A stretch of 64,000 nt of DNA, taken from an uncultured Acidobacteriota bacterium (lineage in GTDB: Bacteria > Acidobacteriota > Thermoanaerobaculia > Gp7-AA8). Each line of letters starts with the position of its first letter. Within the stretch, counting starts at the first letter, position 1. The stretch spans positions 448,001 through 512,000 of the forward strand of contig CAVUKB010000005.1 in the NCBI GenBank assembly GCA_963741955.1. Reading direction: 5' to 3'. The notes beneath the pieces were generated by a model, which was not told the DNA's origin, did no database searches, and was given only the letters and a program-made list of their open reading frames with translations. Shown piece after piece: positions 31,501 through 40,030 of this stretch. Made by a program: the position numbers and the translations under genes.

Positions 31501-34500
31501 GGCGCCATCGACGCGACGAACCGCAACGTCAGCGTCACTGCCACCGACAACGCCGGCAACACCACCACAACCGCAGACACCACGAACGCCACGGTCGACA
31601 ACGGCGCACCCGGCGTCACCGACGCGAACATCAGCATCAGCGGCGCCTCCGGCACCGGCGGCACGTTCATCATCGGCGACACCGTCACCGCAACCTGGGA
31701 CGACACCGCCGGCGGCGACAACAACAGCGACACGATCGCCGGCGTCACCGTCGACTTCTCCCAGTTCGGCGGAGGCTCCGCCATCGCCGCTTCGAACAGC
31801 GCCGGCACCTGGACCGCCACGTACTCCCTCGTCTCCGGTGCGATCGACGCGGCGAACCGCAACGTCAGCGTCACCGCCACCGACAACGCCGGCAACACCA
31901 CCACCGCCTCGGACACGTCGAACGCGAGCGTCGACAACGTCGCGCCGACCGTCACCTCCGGCAACATCACCGTCACCGGCGGCTCTGGCCCGGGCGGCGA
32001 GTTCCGCATCGGCGACACCATGACCGTCACCTGGAACAACACCGCCGGCGGCGACAACAACAGCGACACCATCAGCGGCGTCACCTTCGACTTCTCCGCG
32101 TTCGGCGGAGGTGCTGCCGTCGCGGCAACCAACAGCGCCGGCAGCTGGAGCGCGACCTACACCAGCTCGTCCTGCTCCATCAGCGGGCCGTCCCTGAACG
32201 TCTCCGCGACCGCCACCGACGACGCCGGCAACTCCACCACAACCGCGAAGGCCGTCTCCTTCAATAAACTCTCGGGAACGCTCGCCCTCTCCAGCGCGAC
32301 CTACTCGGTCAGCGAGAGCGGCGGCTCGGTGACCGTCACCGTCGACCGGACCGGCGGGAGCGATTGCACCGTCACCGTCGACTACGCGACCTCCGACGGA
32401 ACCGCAAAGAGCACCGCCGCCGGCACAGGCACGCCCGACTACACCGCGACATCAGGAACGCTGACCTTCAATGCCGGCGTCACTTCACAGACCTTCGCCG
32501 TCCCCGTCACCTCCGACGCCGTCTACGAAGGCGACGAGACGTTCACCGTCACCCTCACGAATCCGGGCGGCGGAGCGACGCTCGGCGGCACGGCGAGCGC
32601 CACCGTCACCATCGTCGATGACGATCCGGCACCAGCGTTCTCCATCGGCGACGTCTCGCAGTCGGAGGGAGACAGCGGCACCACGGCATTCACGTTCACC
32701 GTCACGAAGAGCGGCGCGACCGCAGTCAATGCCACCGTCGACGCGGCGAGCTCGGATGGAACGGCGACGACCGCCGATGCCGACTACGTCGCGCTCGGCA
32801 CGACCACTGTCACCTTCGCGCCAACCGACCTCACGAAGACAGTGACCGTCAACGTGAACGGCGACACGACCTACGAGTCGGACGAGACGTTCGACGTGAA
32901 TCTCTCCAATCCCACCGACGCCACCATCTCCGACAACCTCGGCGTCGGGACCATCGTCAACGACGACACCGCGCCCTCGTTCGCCATCGACGACGTCTCC
33001 CTCTCCGAAGGCAACAGCGGCACCACCGCATTCACCTTCACCGTCACGAAGAGCGGCACCACCGCCCTCCCCGCCACCGTAGACGTCGCATCCTCCGACG
33101 GGACCGCAACCGTCGCGGACAACGACTACGCCGCCCTCGCAACGACCACCCTCACGTTCGCGCCCGCCGATACGACGAAGACGGTCACCGTGAACGTCAC
33201 CGGCGACCAGCGCGTCGAGCTCGACGAGACCTTCAACGTGAACCTCTCCAATCCCGTCGACTCCACCATCTCGGACAGCCTCGGCGTCGGCACGATTCTC
33301 AATGACGACGCCGCCGGCGTCACCGTCACCCCCACCTCCGGTCTCGTGACGACCGAGGCCGGAGGCACCGCGACGTTCACCATCGTGCTGAATACGCAGC
33401 CTTCCGCTGACGTCACGTTCGGCCTCTCCTCGTCCGACACCACGGAGGGGACCGTGAATCCCGCCAGCGTCACGTTCACCGCCGTGAACTGGATCACGCC
33501 CCAGACGGTCACCATCACCGGCGTCGACGACACCATCATCGACGGCGACATCGCGTACACCATCACCACCGCGCCGGATACCGTCACCGCCGATCCCGAC
33601 TACCGCAATCTCGACCCGGCCGACGTCTCGGTCACCAACACCGACAACGACGCCGCCGGCGTCACCTTCTCGAAGAGCACCGTCAACACATCCGAGAGCG
33701 GAACGACCGACACCTACACCGTCGTACTCAACGCACAGCCAGCTGCAGACGTGACCCTCACCGTCACCTCGGGTGACACCACCGAGGGACTCCTCTCCGA
33801 CTCCGACGAGACGCTCCAGCCGGCAGTGACGCTGACATTCACTGCGGCGGACTGGAACGTCGCTCAGACGGTCACCGTGACCGGTCAGGACGACTCTCTG
33901 ACCGACGGCAATCAGACCTACGCCGTCTCCACCTCCAGCGCGAGCAGCGATTCGAACTGGAACGGCCTCACGATCGCGGACGTCACCGCGACGAACAGCG
34001 ACGACGACTCGCCGGGAGTGACCGTCGCTCCGATCACCGGTCTCATCACCACGGAGGCCGGCGGCACGGCGACGTTCACCGTCGTTCTCAATGCGCAACC
34101 TGCGGCGGACGTGTCGATCGACCTCTCCTCGAGCGACACCACCGAGGGACTCGTTTCGACCAACGGCGTGACGCAGCAGTCGAGCGTGACGCTCACGTTC
34201 ACTCCGGCCGCATGGAACGTCCCGCAGACCATCACCGTCCACGGTCAGGACGACTTCGTCACCGACGGCGATCAGGGCTACGCGGTCACCACGTCCGCCT
34301 CGACCTCGACGGACCCGCTCTGGAACGGACTCACCGTCGACGACGTCTCGGTGACGAACCAGGACGACGAGGTCTCCCAGGTCACCGTCACTCCGACCAG
34401 CGGCCTGGTCACGACCGAAGCCGGGGGCACCGCGACGTTCACCATCGTTCTGACCAGTCAGCCGATGCCCGGAACGGACGTGTCGATCCTTCTCTCTTCG

Positions 34501-36009
34501 AGCGACACCACCGAAGGAACCGTCTCTCCGTCGAGCGTGGTGTTCGATCCGACGAACTGGAACGTCCCGCAGACCGTGACGGCGGCCGGCGTCGACGACT
34601 CGGTCGACGACGGTGACCAGCCGTGGACTGTGGTGACCTCGGATGCCATCTCCGCCGACCCGACCTACAGTGGGCTAGGAGTGGCCGATCCGGGCGTGAC
34701 CAACATCGACGACGACTCGCGCGGCGTCACGGTCACCCCGACCAGCGGACTGACCACGACGGAAGCCGGCGGCACGGCCACATTCACCATCGTCCTCGAC
34801 TCGCAGCCACTGGCGGACGTCACGATCGGCGTCGGCTCGAGCGACGGCTCGGAGGGAGCGGTTTCTCCGGCGAACGTGGTCTTCACCGCGGCGAACTGGA
34901 ACGTTCCTCAGACGGTCACCGCGATCGGCGTGGACGATCTGATCGACGACGGCGACCAGGCGTGGACGATCGTCACCGCCAATGCCGTCTCGACCGATCC
35001 CGCTTACAACGGGCTTCCGGTCGCCGACGTGAGCGCGGTGAATCTCGACAACGACACCAGTGGCGTGACTGTCATGCCCAGCAGTGGACTCTCGACCACC
35101 GAGGCGGGAGGGAGTGGGAGCTTCACGATCGTGCTCGACACTCAGCCTGCGTCGAACGTCACCATCACCCTGAGCTCCAGCGACACCACGGAGGGGACGG
35201 TCTCACCGATCGCGGTGACGTTCACCAGCTCCAACTGGAACGTGCCGCAGAGCGTCACGGTGACGGGAGTGGACGACAACCTCGCGGACGGCGATCAGCC
35301 GTACACGATCGTCACTTCGACGACGGCGTCGGCGGATCCGACGTACGCGGGGCTTGCGGTACCGGACGTATCGGTCACCAACGTCGACGACGAGACGTCG
35401 GCGTCCGACAGCGACGGCGACGGAGTGCTGGACGTGACGGAGAATGCCGGACCAAACGGCGGCGACGCGAACGACGACGGCACCTCGGACTATCTCCAGC
35501 CGCAGGTGGCGAGCCTTCCGCCGGCGAGAGGTGGCGGATATCTGACCGTGATCTCGAGCTGCGAGCTGCGGGACGTCCGGACGCTGACGAAGGACTCGAT
35601 CGCGCCGACGCCTCTCACGTTCCCGTACGGGCTGGTCCAGTTCCGGATGCCGTGCGCGACCGCGGACATGCACATCCTCTATCACGCCGGGAGCGCGTGG
35701 CCGGACGCGACGCAGTACTGGAAACATGGCCCCACCACGCCGGGCGACACGTCGACCACGAAGTGGTACCAGCTCCCGGCCGTGACGTTCGACACGACCA
35801 CCGTGGCCGGATCCACAGTGGCGCGCGCGAACTTCACACTGACGGACGGCACGCTCGGCGACGACACCGGCGTCGACGGGGAGATCATCGACCAGGGCGG
35901 TCCGATCGCGCCCGCCTCGTCCGCCACGGCCATTCCGACCGCGTCGGGATGGGCGCTCCTTCTGATGGCGATGCTCCTCGCCGTGATCGCCGTCGTCCGT
36001 CTCCGCTAA
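28573..36009 (+). CDS. Giant repetitive surface adhesin: five ~112-aa repeats, Calx-beta domains, six TEAGG repeats, choice-of-anchor-U-like domain, IPTL-CTERM
   Basis: Thr/Ser/Asp-rich tandem repeats. VDYATSDGTA..DY..SGTLTF Calx-beta motif. C-terminal AIPTASGWALLLMAMLLAVIAVVRLR. True start is probably downstream (about 28726). Confidence 0.88.
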   Translation: MCSVPPYRNLRPSADSHSRVQCPSSAGIRPKMQDFEGGSAEHGGDCLWGLAVHESSARLRSILLLLATISFLFPLTAAAVITVTPIGSNRATGVSFSITVPASIPAGKTIVVAISKVAYNTVPLVSDSAGNTYSLRLTQGGAYGDTHWVFVASNANALSAGQSITVDPQTNHETSACAIALGGVLNPQDVSASSSAHTATPSSGTATTTQAREVLVGSIYWWDLSRPAATAGAGYTIQTSTPRTANSNLLLETRLVGSIGSYAADATLATASDTIASMLAFKEAPQDADGTLIPSGVVIEPVALDTTNDTVGEAVSLFDFTLFDQGTSDGLPMNVSQIVLHVSGTSSNTERGDITWRLNGPDTSNVTGTYNAASQTISFSGLSISVANGASETYTVNGYFNTNTGITDGHTVILSVDGDTDVTVDGTKTLMGTTSAVTNSTGTPLSVIASTLSFTTQPAGSVSGSALTTQPVVAASDAFGNVDLGFSNNISLTEASAGSLSGTTTLAATSGVATFTNVAYTATADLESFTLTAAASGLTSATSNSVTSDVVATKLIFTTQPAPTSIQSGISTAFSTVPVVRAVDANNTVDTGYSTDIVLSVTDPNDGVVDGTVNSMTGTGDADGSGSTVTLTPSSGSATFSNLTLQYTNGGATDSIALRATSGGLTAANSSTITSSSLPIVTDPNISISGGSGIGGAYIIGDTVTATWNNTAGGDNNGGITGVTVDFSQFGGGAAVSASNSAGTWTATYTITAGAIDATNRNVSVSATNASGTTTTPDSTNATVDNIAPTVTDGNISISGASGTGGTFIIGDTVTATWNNTAGGDNNSDTITSVTVDFSQFGGGSGVAASNSSGTWTATYTVVSGAIDATNRNVAVSATDNAGNSRTTADSTNASVDNVAPTVTDANISISGASGTGGAFKIGDTVTATWDDTAGGDNNSDTIVGVTIDFSQFGGGAAVAASNSSGTWTATYTITAGAIDATNRNVSVTATDNAGNTTTTADTTNATVDNGAPGVTDANISISGASGTGGTFIIGDTVTATWDDTAGGDNNSDTIAGVTVDFSQFGGGSAIAASNSAGTWTATYSLVSGAIDAANRNVSVTATDNAGNTTTASDTSNASVDNVAPTVTSGNITVTGGSGPGGEFRIGDTMTVTWNNTAGGDNNSDTISGVTFDFSAFGGGAAVAATNSAGSWSATYTSSSCSISGPSLNVSATATDDAGNSTTTAKAVSFNKLSGTLALSSATYSVSESGGSVTVTVDRTGGSDCTVTVDYATSDGTAKSTAAGTGTPDYTATSGTLTFNAGVTSQTFAVPVTSDAVYEGDETFTVTLTNPGGGATLGGTASATVTIVDDDPAPAFSIGDVSQSEGDSGTTAFTFTVTKSGATAVNATVDAASSDGTATTADADYVALGTTTVTFAPTDLTKTVTVNVNGDTTYESDETFDVNLSNPTDATISDNLGVGTIVNDDTAPSFAIDDVSLSEGNSGTTAFTFTVTKSGTTALPATVDVASSDGTATVADNDYAALATTTLTFAPADTTKTVTVNVTGDQRVELDETFNVNLSNPVDSTISDSLGVGTILNDDAAGVTVTPTSGLVTTEAGGTATFTIVLNTQPSADVTFGLSSSDTTEGTVNPASVTFTAVNWITPQTVTITGVDDTIIDGDIAYTITTAPDTVTADPDYRNLDPADVSVTNTDNDAAGVTFSKSTVNTSESGTTDTYTVVLNAQPAADVTLTVTSGDTTEGLLSDSDETLQPAVTLTFTAADWNVAQTVTVTGQDDSLTDGNQTYAVSTSSASSDSNWNGLTIADVTATNSDDDSPGVTVAPITGLITTEAGGTATFTVVLNAQPAADVSIDLSSSDTTEGLVSTNGVTQQSSVTLTFTPAAWNVPQTITVHGQDDFVTDGDQGYAVTTSASTSTDPLWNGLTVDDVSVTNQDDEVSQVTVTPTSGLVTTEAGGTATFTIVLTSQPMPGTDVSILLSSSDTTEGTVSPSSVVFDPTNWNVPQTVTAAGVDDSVDDGDQPWTVVTSDAISADPTYSGLGVADPGVTNIDDDSRGVTVTPTSGLTTTEAGGTATFTIVLDSQPLADVTIGVGSSDGSEGAVSPANVVFTAANWNVPQTVTAIGVDDLIDDGDQAWTIVTANAVSTDPAYNGLPVADVSAVNLDNDTSGVTVMPSSGLSTTEAGGSGSFTIVLDTQPASNVTITLSSSDTTEGTVSPIAVTFTSSNWNVPQSVTVTGVDDNLADGDQPYTIVTSTTASADPTYAGLAVPDVSVTNVDDETSASDSDGDGVLDVTENAGPNGGDANDDGTSDYLQPQVASLPPARGGGYLTVISSCELRDVRTLTKDSIAPTPLTFPYGLVQFRMPCATADMHILYHAGSAWPDATQYWKHGPTTPGDTSTTKWYQLPAVTFDTTTVAGSTVARANFTLTDGTLGDDTGVDGEIIDQGGPIAPASSATAIPTASGWALLLMAMLLAVIAVVRLR

Positions 36010-36025
36010 AACGCGATCCGCATGG

Positions 36026-36053
36026 GGGCGCCACGGTTCTCGCCGTGGCGCCC
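36026..36053. terminator. GC-rich hairpin after adhesin stop
   Basis: GGGCGCCACGG-TTCTCG-CCGTGGCGCCC. No U-tract, so it may be a REP or stability hairpin. Confidence 0.4.
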
Positions 36054-36182
36054 TCGGCGTCACTCCGAGGACCGCAAGCCTGTTTCCTTCACCCATCCCC
36101 GAACTGCAAACTCGGCGGGGAGCAGGCTTATAGCGTGCTCTTTCGTCCCCAACGAGTATGCGCGAATCACCACCGTCCTCCA

Positions 36183-36280
36183 GCCCGGAGGACGCGAGCT
36201 CGTGCAGCCCCCGGCGTGAGCCGGGGGGGCCGCTCGGGCTCAGAAGAAAAGGTGTGAGCCCCCTGTGAAGGGGGCGGAAC
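36183..36280 (+). repeat. REP/MITE-like element, family C
   Basis: AGCCCCCGGCGTGAGCCGGGGG...GAGCCCCCTGTGAAGGGGGCG. Related to 45298-45397, 62622-62700 and 63018-63097. Confidence 0.55.
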
Positions 36281-36394
36281 GAACGCTTGCGGCAGCACCC
36301 CCGAAACCTGGATTCGAGGCCCTTCCGCTCCCGCCTCGTACCTTCGTCCAAATCCGGCTCTTCAGCCGACGTACCCGCAGATCCCGCCTGACCG

Positions 36395-36598
36395 TCATTC
36401 CCCCGATAGATCCCACACCCGTTCGTGCGGGCGCAAGGCTCGCCTCCGGGCGATCAGAGGGAGGGCGATCCTCTGCAGTTCCACCACGATTCGGACCTTT
36501 TCCGGAAGTGGAAGTGCGCGACGCTCTGCGCGGAGCTCTTCCTTCCCGCGGCGGAGGCGCTCCATCAGTTGCTCCGGAGTCTCCCGACTCGACATCAT
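36395..36598 (-). CDS. Small basic protein translationally coupled to the nucleotidyltransferase
   Basis: 67-aa ORF (MMSSRETPEQL..LPLPEKVRIVVELQ). ATGA overlap with the upstream gene. Confidence 0.6.
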   Translation of the reverse strand: MMSSRETPEQLMERLRRGKEELRAERRALPLPEKVRIVVELQRIALPLIARRRALRPHERVWDLSGE

Positions 36599-37083
36599 TC
36601 CTCCGGAAGTCGCAGGCCGAATCGCTCGGCCAGTGACACCAGACGTCGCCGATCGACGACGCCGTCCTCCAGCATCGATCGAACCCGGGCAATGCGTTTC
36701 GAAGATCGCGCCGACGACTCCAGTGACAGCGCAGCAAGGTATTCCGGGAGCATGACGCGGACCGGAACACCGTCGTAGTCCAGCGTCGCCGCCGTCTGAA
36801 TCGCCTCCTCCACGAGATCCGAATGCGCCGGGATGACCTGCACGGGTGTTCCGGCGATCATCAGATGTTCGTGCTCTGCCGCATATCCATGGCCTTTCGC
36901 CCAGTCGTAGACGCCGGAGAGGGAAATGCGCGATCCGCTCGCCGGCAGCGTCACGAAGACGTCGAGGTCGAAGGTCGTCACCGGATCGGCCCGGAACGAA
37001 AGCGCCATCGCACCACCGATGGCGTATTCGGTCACGGTCCCATCGCCCCGCATCGCGTTGATCGCCTCGAGAGTTCTCTTCAC
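36595..37083 (-). CDS. Pol-beta-superfamily nucleotidyltransferase (TA-like)
   Basis: YAIGGAMA..TFDLDVFV (GG..DxD) motif. Confidence 0.8.
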   Translation of the reverse strand: MKRTLEAINAMRGDGTVTEYAIGGAMALSFRADPVTTFDLDVFVTLPASGSRISLSGVYDWAKGHGYAAEHEHLMIAGTPVQVIPAHSDLVEEAIQTAATLDYDGVPVRVMLPEYLAALSLESSARSSKRIARVRSMLEDGVVDRRRLVSLAERFGLRLPEE

Positions 37084-37420
37084 TTGTCGACCTTCCGGGG
37101 AGATCCGTCGTGGACCGAAATCCCTCGCCGGATATTATGCCGAATCCTCTCGCGCAGGATACGGAGGTTGCCCGCGTCGTCTCGGAGCCTCGGCCACGCG
37201 GACAAACTCGCCCGCGCCTCAACCCGCGGCGGAAAGTACAAGACCCCTGTCCGCCCTTCCCACGGTCCCCATCCATGCCACGACGACCGTGACCGCCGAG
37301 ACGGGCTGCGGCTCGAAATCGTCGTGGTCTCCGCACGGGCAGGTCGCGCCGCTCATCCCGGACATTCGTGCTCCAAAACTTCGGTACTCCGTCCCCACAA
37401 AGCACCCACTCCCTCGCGCC

Positions 37421-37500
37421 GCCCTCCTATTCCCGTCCGGGGTCACGTCTTCAGCCGCGGTCCGAGTTCGGTGACAGCGTCAGGGTGAAGGGCAACTCGA
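37421..37500 (+). repeat. Degenerate family-B REP copy
   Basis: CCGTCCGGGGTCACGTCTTCAGCCG..CAGGGTGAAGGGCAAC. Confidence 0.7.
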
Positions 37501-37852
37501 AAGTCGGATTCCACGCCGTAGCCACCCGCCTCGTGCCACGGAGCACCTCACGCCATTGCCACACGTCTCTCCGAGTGCACGCGCCATCTCACCGACAATG
37601 CCGCTCCTCTCGTCTCCCTCGATGGAGGTAAAATGCTCCCAAATGCGACTCCCCCTCGGCGCACTCGCGTACACCGAAGGGGACGGAGTCCGTCCAGCGG
37701 CGGGCGCAGAAGCGGGATCGCCGCTCGAAACCCAGGACGCCTCCGCCGAAACCGACAGTCGATTCCCGCCGACCGTCCCACCGTCGCGCAGCCGCCCTCA
37801 CGCCAGGCCTGGCTCCGCCGAATCCGGAACCGCACCCATTTTCGTGAATCAT

Positions 37853-38004
37853 TTTATCGGACCGAAAATGTCCGGACGAAACCGGACATTCCGAAGAACG
37901 AAACGAAGAACCTGTTTCCTTTCAACAGCTTCGACCGAACTATACGAACGGACCGCGGAATGTTATCGGACAAAAACTGTCCGGTTTCACGATTTTCGTT
38001 AGGT
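37853..38004 (+). other. Atypical att-like site at the 5' end of the cassette array
   Basis: Ends in GTTAGGT (GTTRRRY, 37998-38004). IR GAAACCGGACA/TGTCCGGTTTC and direct repeats TTATCGGAC-N6-TGTCCGG (37853, 37963). Confidence 0.45.
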
Positions 38005-38027
38005 CCACTACAATCCCTTAAACAGTA

Positions 38028-38131
38028 GTTGAACGAAGCCGCTGCAGGCGACGAAGACGCGGCACACCATCTGTCGTAAATTGTTTGGCCAGCTCGGCCG
38101 CGTCTTCGCGCCTGAGCTCTATACGTTAGGC
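38028..38131 (+). other. attC site (a)
   Basis: GTTGAAC ... GCT[G]CAGGCG[A]CGAAGACGCGGC / GCCGCGTCTTCGCGCCTGAGC ... GTTAGGC. Perfect stem with two extrahelical bases. Confidence 0.8.
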
Positions 38132-38164
38132 GGCGCTAGAATGCTTACCATGAACGGAGGTTAT

Positions 38165-38521
38165 GTGCGACAGATTGTCACGGTTCTTTTCGCCATCTTC
38201 CTGCTTGCCGGTTGCGCCTCGGGTCCTGGTGGCGAGCTTCTGCCGAATGGGACGATCACTCCTTGCGGCGGACACCATACAGACCCGCAAGCCTGCGGCA
38301 ACGCGACATTCAACGCGCGCGTTATCGGGAAAGTCCAGGTCGGCCAGTCGAAGCAAGACGTTCGGGCGATCATGCAGCACGACCCCGAGCGGCGCGAAAT
38401 ATCCGCAAACGTGGAAACTTGGTCGTACATCACGGATTACCCGTCCGAGCTCGTAACGGAAATTGTGTTCACGGACGGCAAAGTTACGGGCCTGAAGCAG
38501 GCGCCGTGGCACACCGACTAG
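38165..38521 (+). CDS. Cassette-borne small lipoprotein (SmpA/BamE-like domain)
   Basis: Lipobox LAGC. GQSKQDVRAIM..P..ETWSY..IVFTDGKV pattern. Alternative ATG starts at 38141/38150. Confidence 0.75.
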   Translation: MRQIVTVLFAIFLLAGCASGPGGELLPNGTITPCGGHHTDPQACGNATFNARVIGKVQVGQSKQDVRAIMQHDPERREISANVETWSYITDYPSELVTEIVFTDGKVTGLKQAPWHTD

Positions 38522-38525
38522 CGCC

Positions 38526-38648
38526 GCCTAACTCATAGGACTCTTTACCGCATCCGAACTGGCACGGCTCACGTTCGCGCGGTGAGTGTCAGGACGCGGA
38601 GGTCGCGTTCGCTCGCCTAACAGGATGCGGAAAAGAGTTCAGTTGGAC
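38526..38648 (+). other. Atypical attC-like site joining the lipoprotein cassette to the recombinase/transposase module
   Basis: R'' GCCTAAC (38526), R' GTTGGAC (38642). 16-bp IR ACTCTTTACCGCATCC/GGATGCGGAAAAGAGT. Second GCCTAAC at 38615. No canonical L boxes. Confidence 0.65.
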
Positions 38649-38892
38649 GAAGCCGCGACGCCATGGGTGGAGTATCGAAGCGGGAGGGCGGCGGAGGGAG
38701 TGGCCGGCGGACGAATCGATGCCGAAGCGCGCGATTCGAGCGTGAATAATCGCGATGATGGGCATGATTCGGCCCGTGTTGCGAGGCGGGTCGGTCGGCG
38801 AGACGTCGCAAAACCGACGGACGCGCAGAGCTGCCGCAGAGCAACCGGATTCGGCCGTCGCAGGATGTCGAGGCGAATGGTCATCGCGAGTC

Positions 38893-40026
38893 TCATGAGC
38901 TATCGAACCACGTCCTGGGGATGTACGGGGCGACGCGCGCGATGATCGACATGACGCCGGTGCCGCATTCGGGACAGAGACGTTGCGGCGCGGGCCGAGG
39001 ATCGCGCGGGCGCAACTTCGAAGCGATCATGTTGCGGGCGAGCTCGATGTTGTGGTGCCGGAGGCGATTGGCGAGGAAGCCAAAGTAGCGGATCCTTACG
39101 AATCGCGACGGGACGATGTGCATTGCGAAGCGGCGGAGGAACTCTGTCGCCGTGAGAGTGGCAGTCCTGGCGGCGTAATGGTTGGCGTAGTCGTGCCACG
39201 TGAACGTGACGCTCTTACCGTCGAAGGCCAGAATGCGGCGGTTGCTGATGGCAATACGGTGCGTATAGGACGATAGATAGGCGAGCACCTGATCCGGTCC
39301 ACCGAACGGCTTCTTGACATAGGCGTGCCAGTCGGTGCGACACGAGAGGCACAGAAGCTGTTCGAGCGCGGGGGCATCGGGAATCGACGGCGGCAGGGTC
39401 ATCTCTCCACTCGCGAGTGCTTCGCGGATGGCGGTCGTGACGAGCGAGCGGAAACGACGCGAGATGACCTTGACGGCGAGTAGGAACGAGAGCTTGCGCA
39501 CGCGCACCCATCGCGCGCCGTCGAGCGAGAAGCCGCCGCCGGTGACGACGCAATGGACATGCGGATGAAACGGCAGCTGCTGGCCCCAGGTGTGGAGCAT
39601 GGCGGTGACGCCGAGAGTCGCTCGGAGCTTGGTCTGGCCGACGTCGATGAGCGCGCGGCCTGCTGCGCGGAGCAGGATCGCATAGACGACCGCCGGCGCG
39701 TGAATCGCGAGCCCATTGAGCTCCTCGGGGATCGTGAAGGCGGCGTGGAAGTACGGCGTTGGGAGTACCTCGCTGCGGCGCGCCTCGACCCACGCGGCTC
39801 GCGCCGCAGCGCCACAGAGAGGACAGTGGCGGTTGCGGCACGAGTTCCATTGCGTCTGCTCGTGACCGCAGGAGGCGCAGCGATTGCGATGGCCGCCGAG
39901 AGCGGGCGTGCGGCAGTCCGCAATTGCGCGGAACGTGCGGAGCTGGTGCGGAGACAGACTCTGCGAAGCGAGCAGCTCTCCGGCTTTAGCGCGCACGATC
40001 GCACCGAGAGTCGGCGCGGAGTCCAT
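38893..40026 (-). CDS. IS91-family (HUH, Y2) rolling-circle transposase
   Basis: Zn finger CRT..LGG..C..C..NSCRNRHCPLC, HPHVH HUH motif, YLSSY dyad, RIRYFGFL. Confidence 0.93.
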   Translation of the reverse strand: MDSAPTLGAIVRAKAGELLASQSLSPHQLRTFRAIADCRTPALGGHRNRCASCGHEQTQWNSCRNRHCPLCGAAARAAWVEARRSEVLPTPYFHAAFTIPEELNGLAIHAPAVVYAILLRAAGRALIDVGQTKLRATLGVTAMLHTWGQQLPFHPHVHCVVTGGGFSLDGARWVRVRKLSFLLAVKVISRRFRSLVTTAIREALASGEMTLPPSIPDAPALEQLLCLSCRTDWHAYVKKPFGGPDQVLAYLSSYTHRIAISNRRILAFDGKSVTFTWHDYANHYAARTATLTATEFLRRFAMHIVPSRFVRIRYFGFLANRLRHHNIELARNMIASKLRPRDPRPAPQRLCPECGTGVMSIIARVAPYIPRTWFDSS

Positions 40027-40030
40027 CGAC

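Noticed and set aside
29335-36351. Long antisense and alternate-frame ORFs over the adhesin (and similar shadows over other genes)
   Set aside because: Expected from high GC3 codon bias. The products are Arg/Gly-rich with no motifs.
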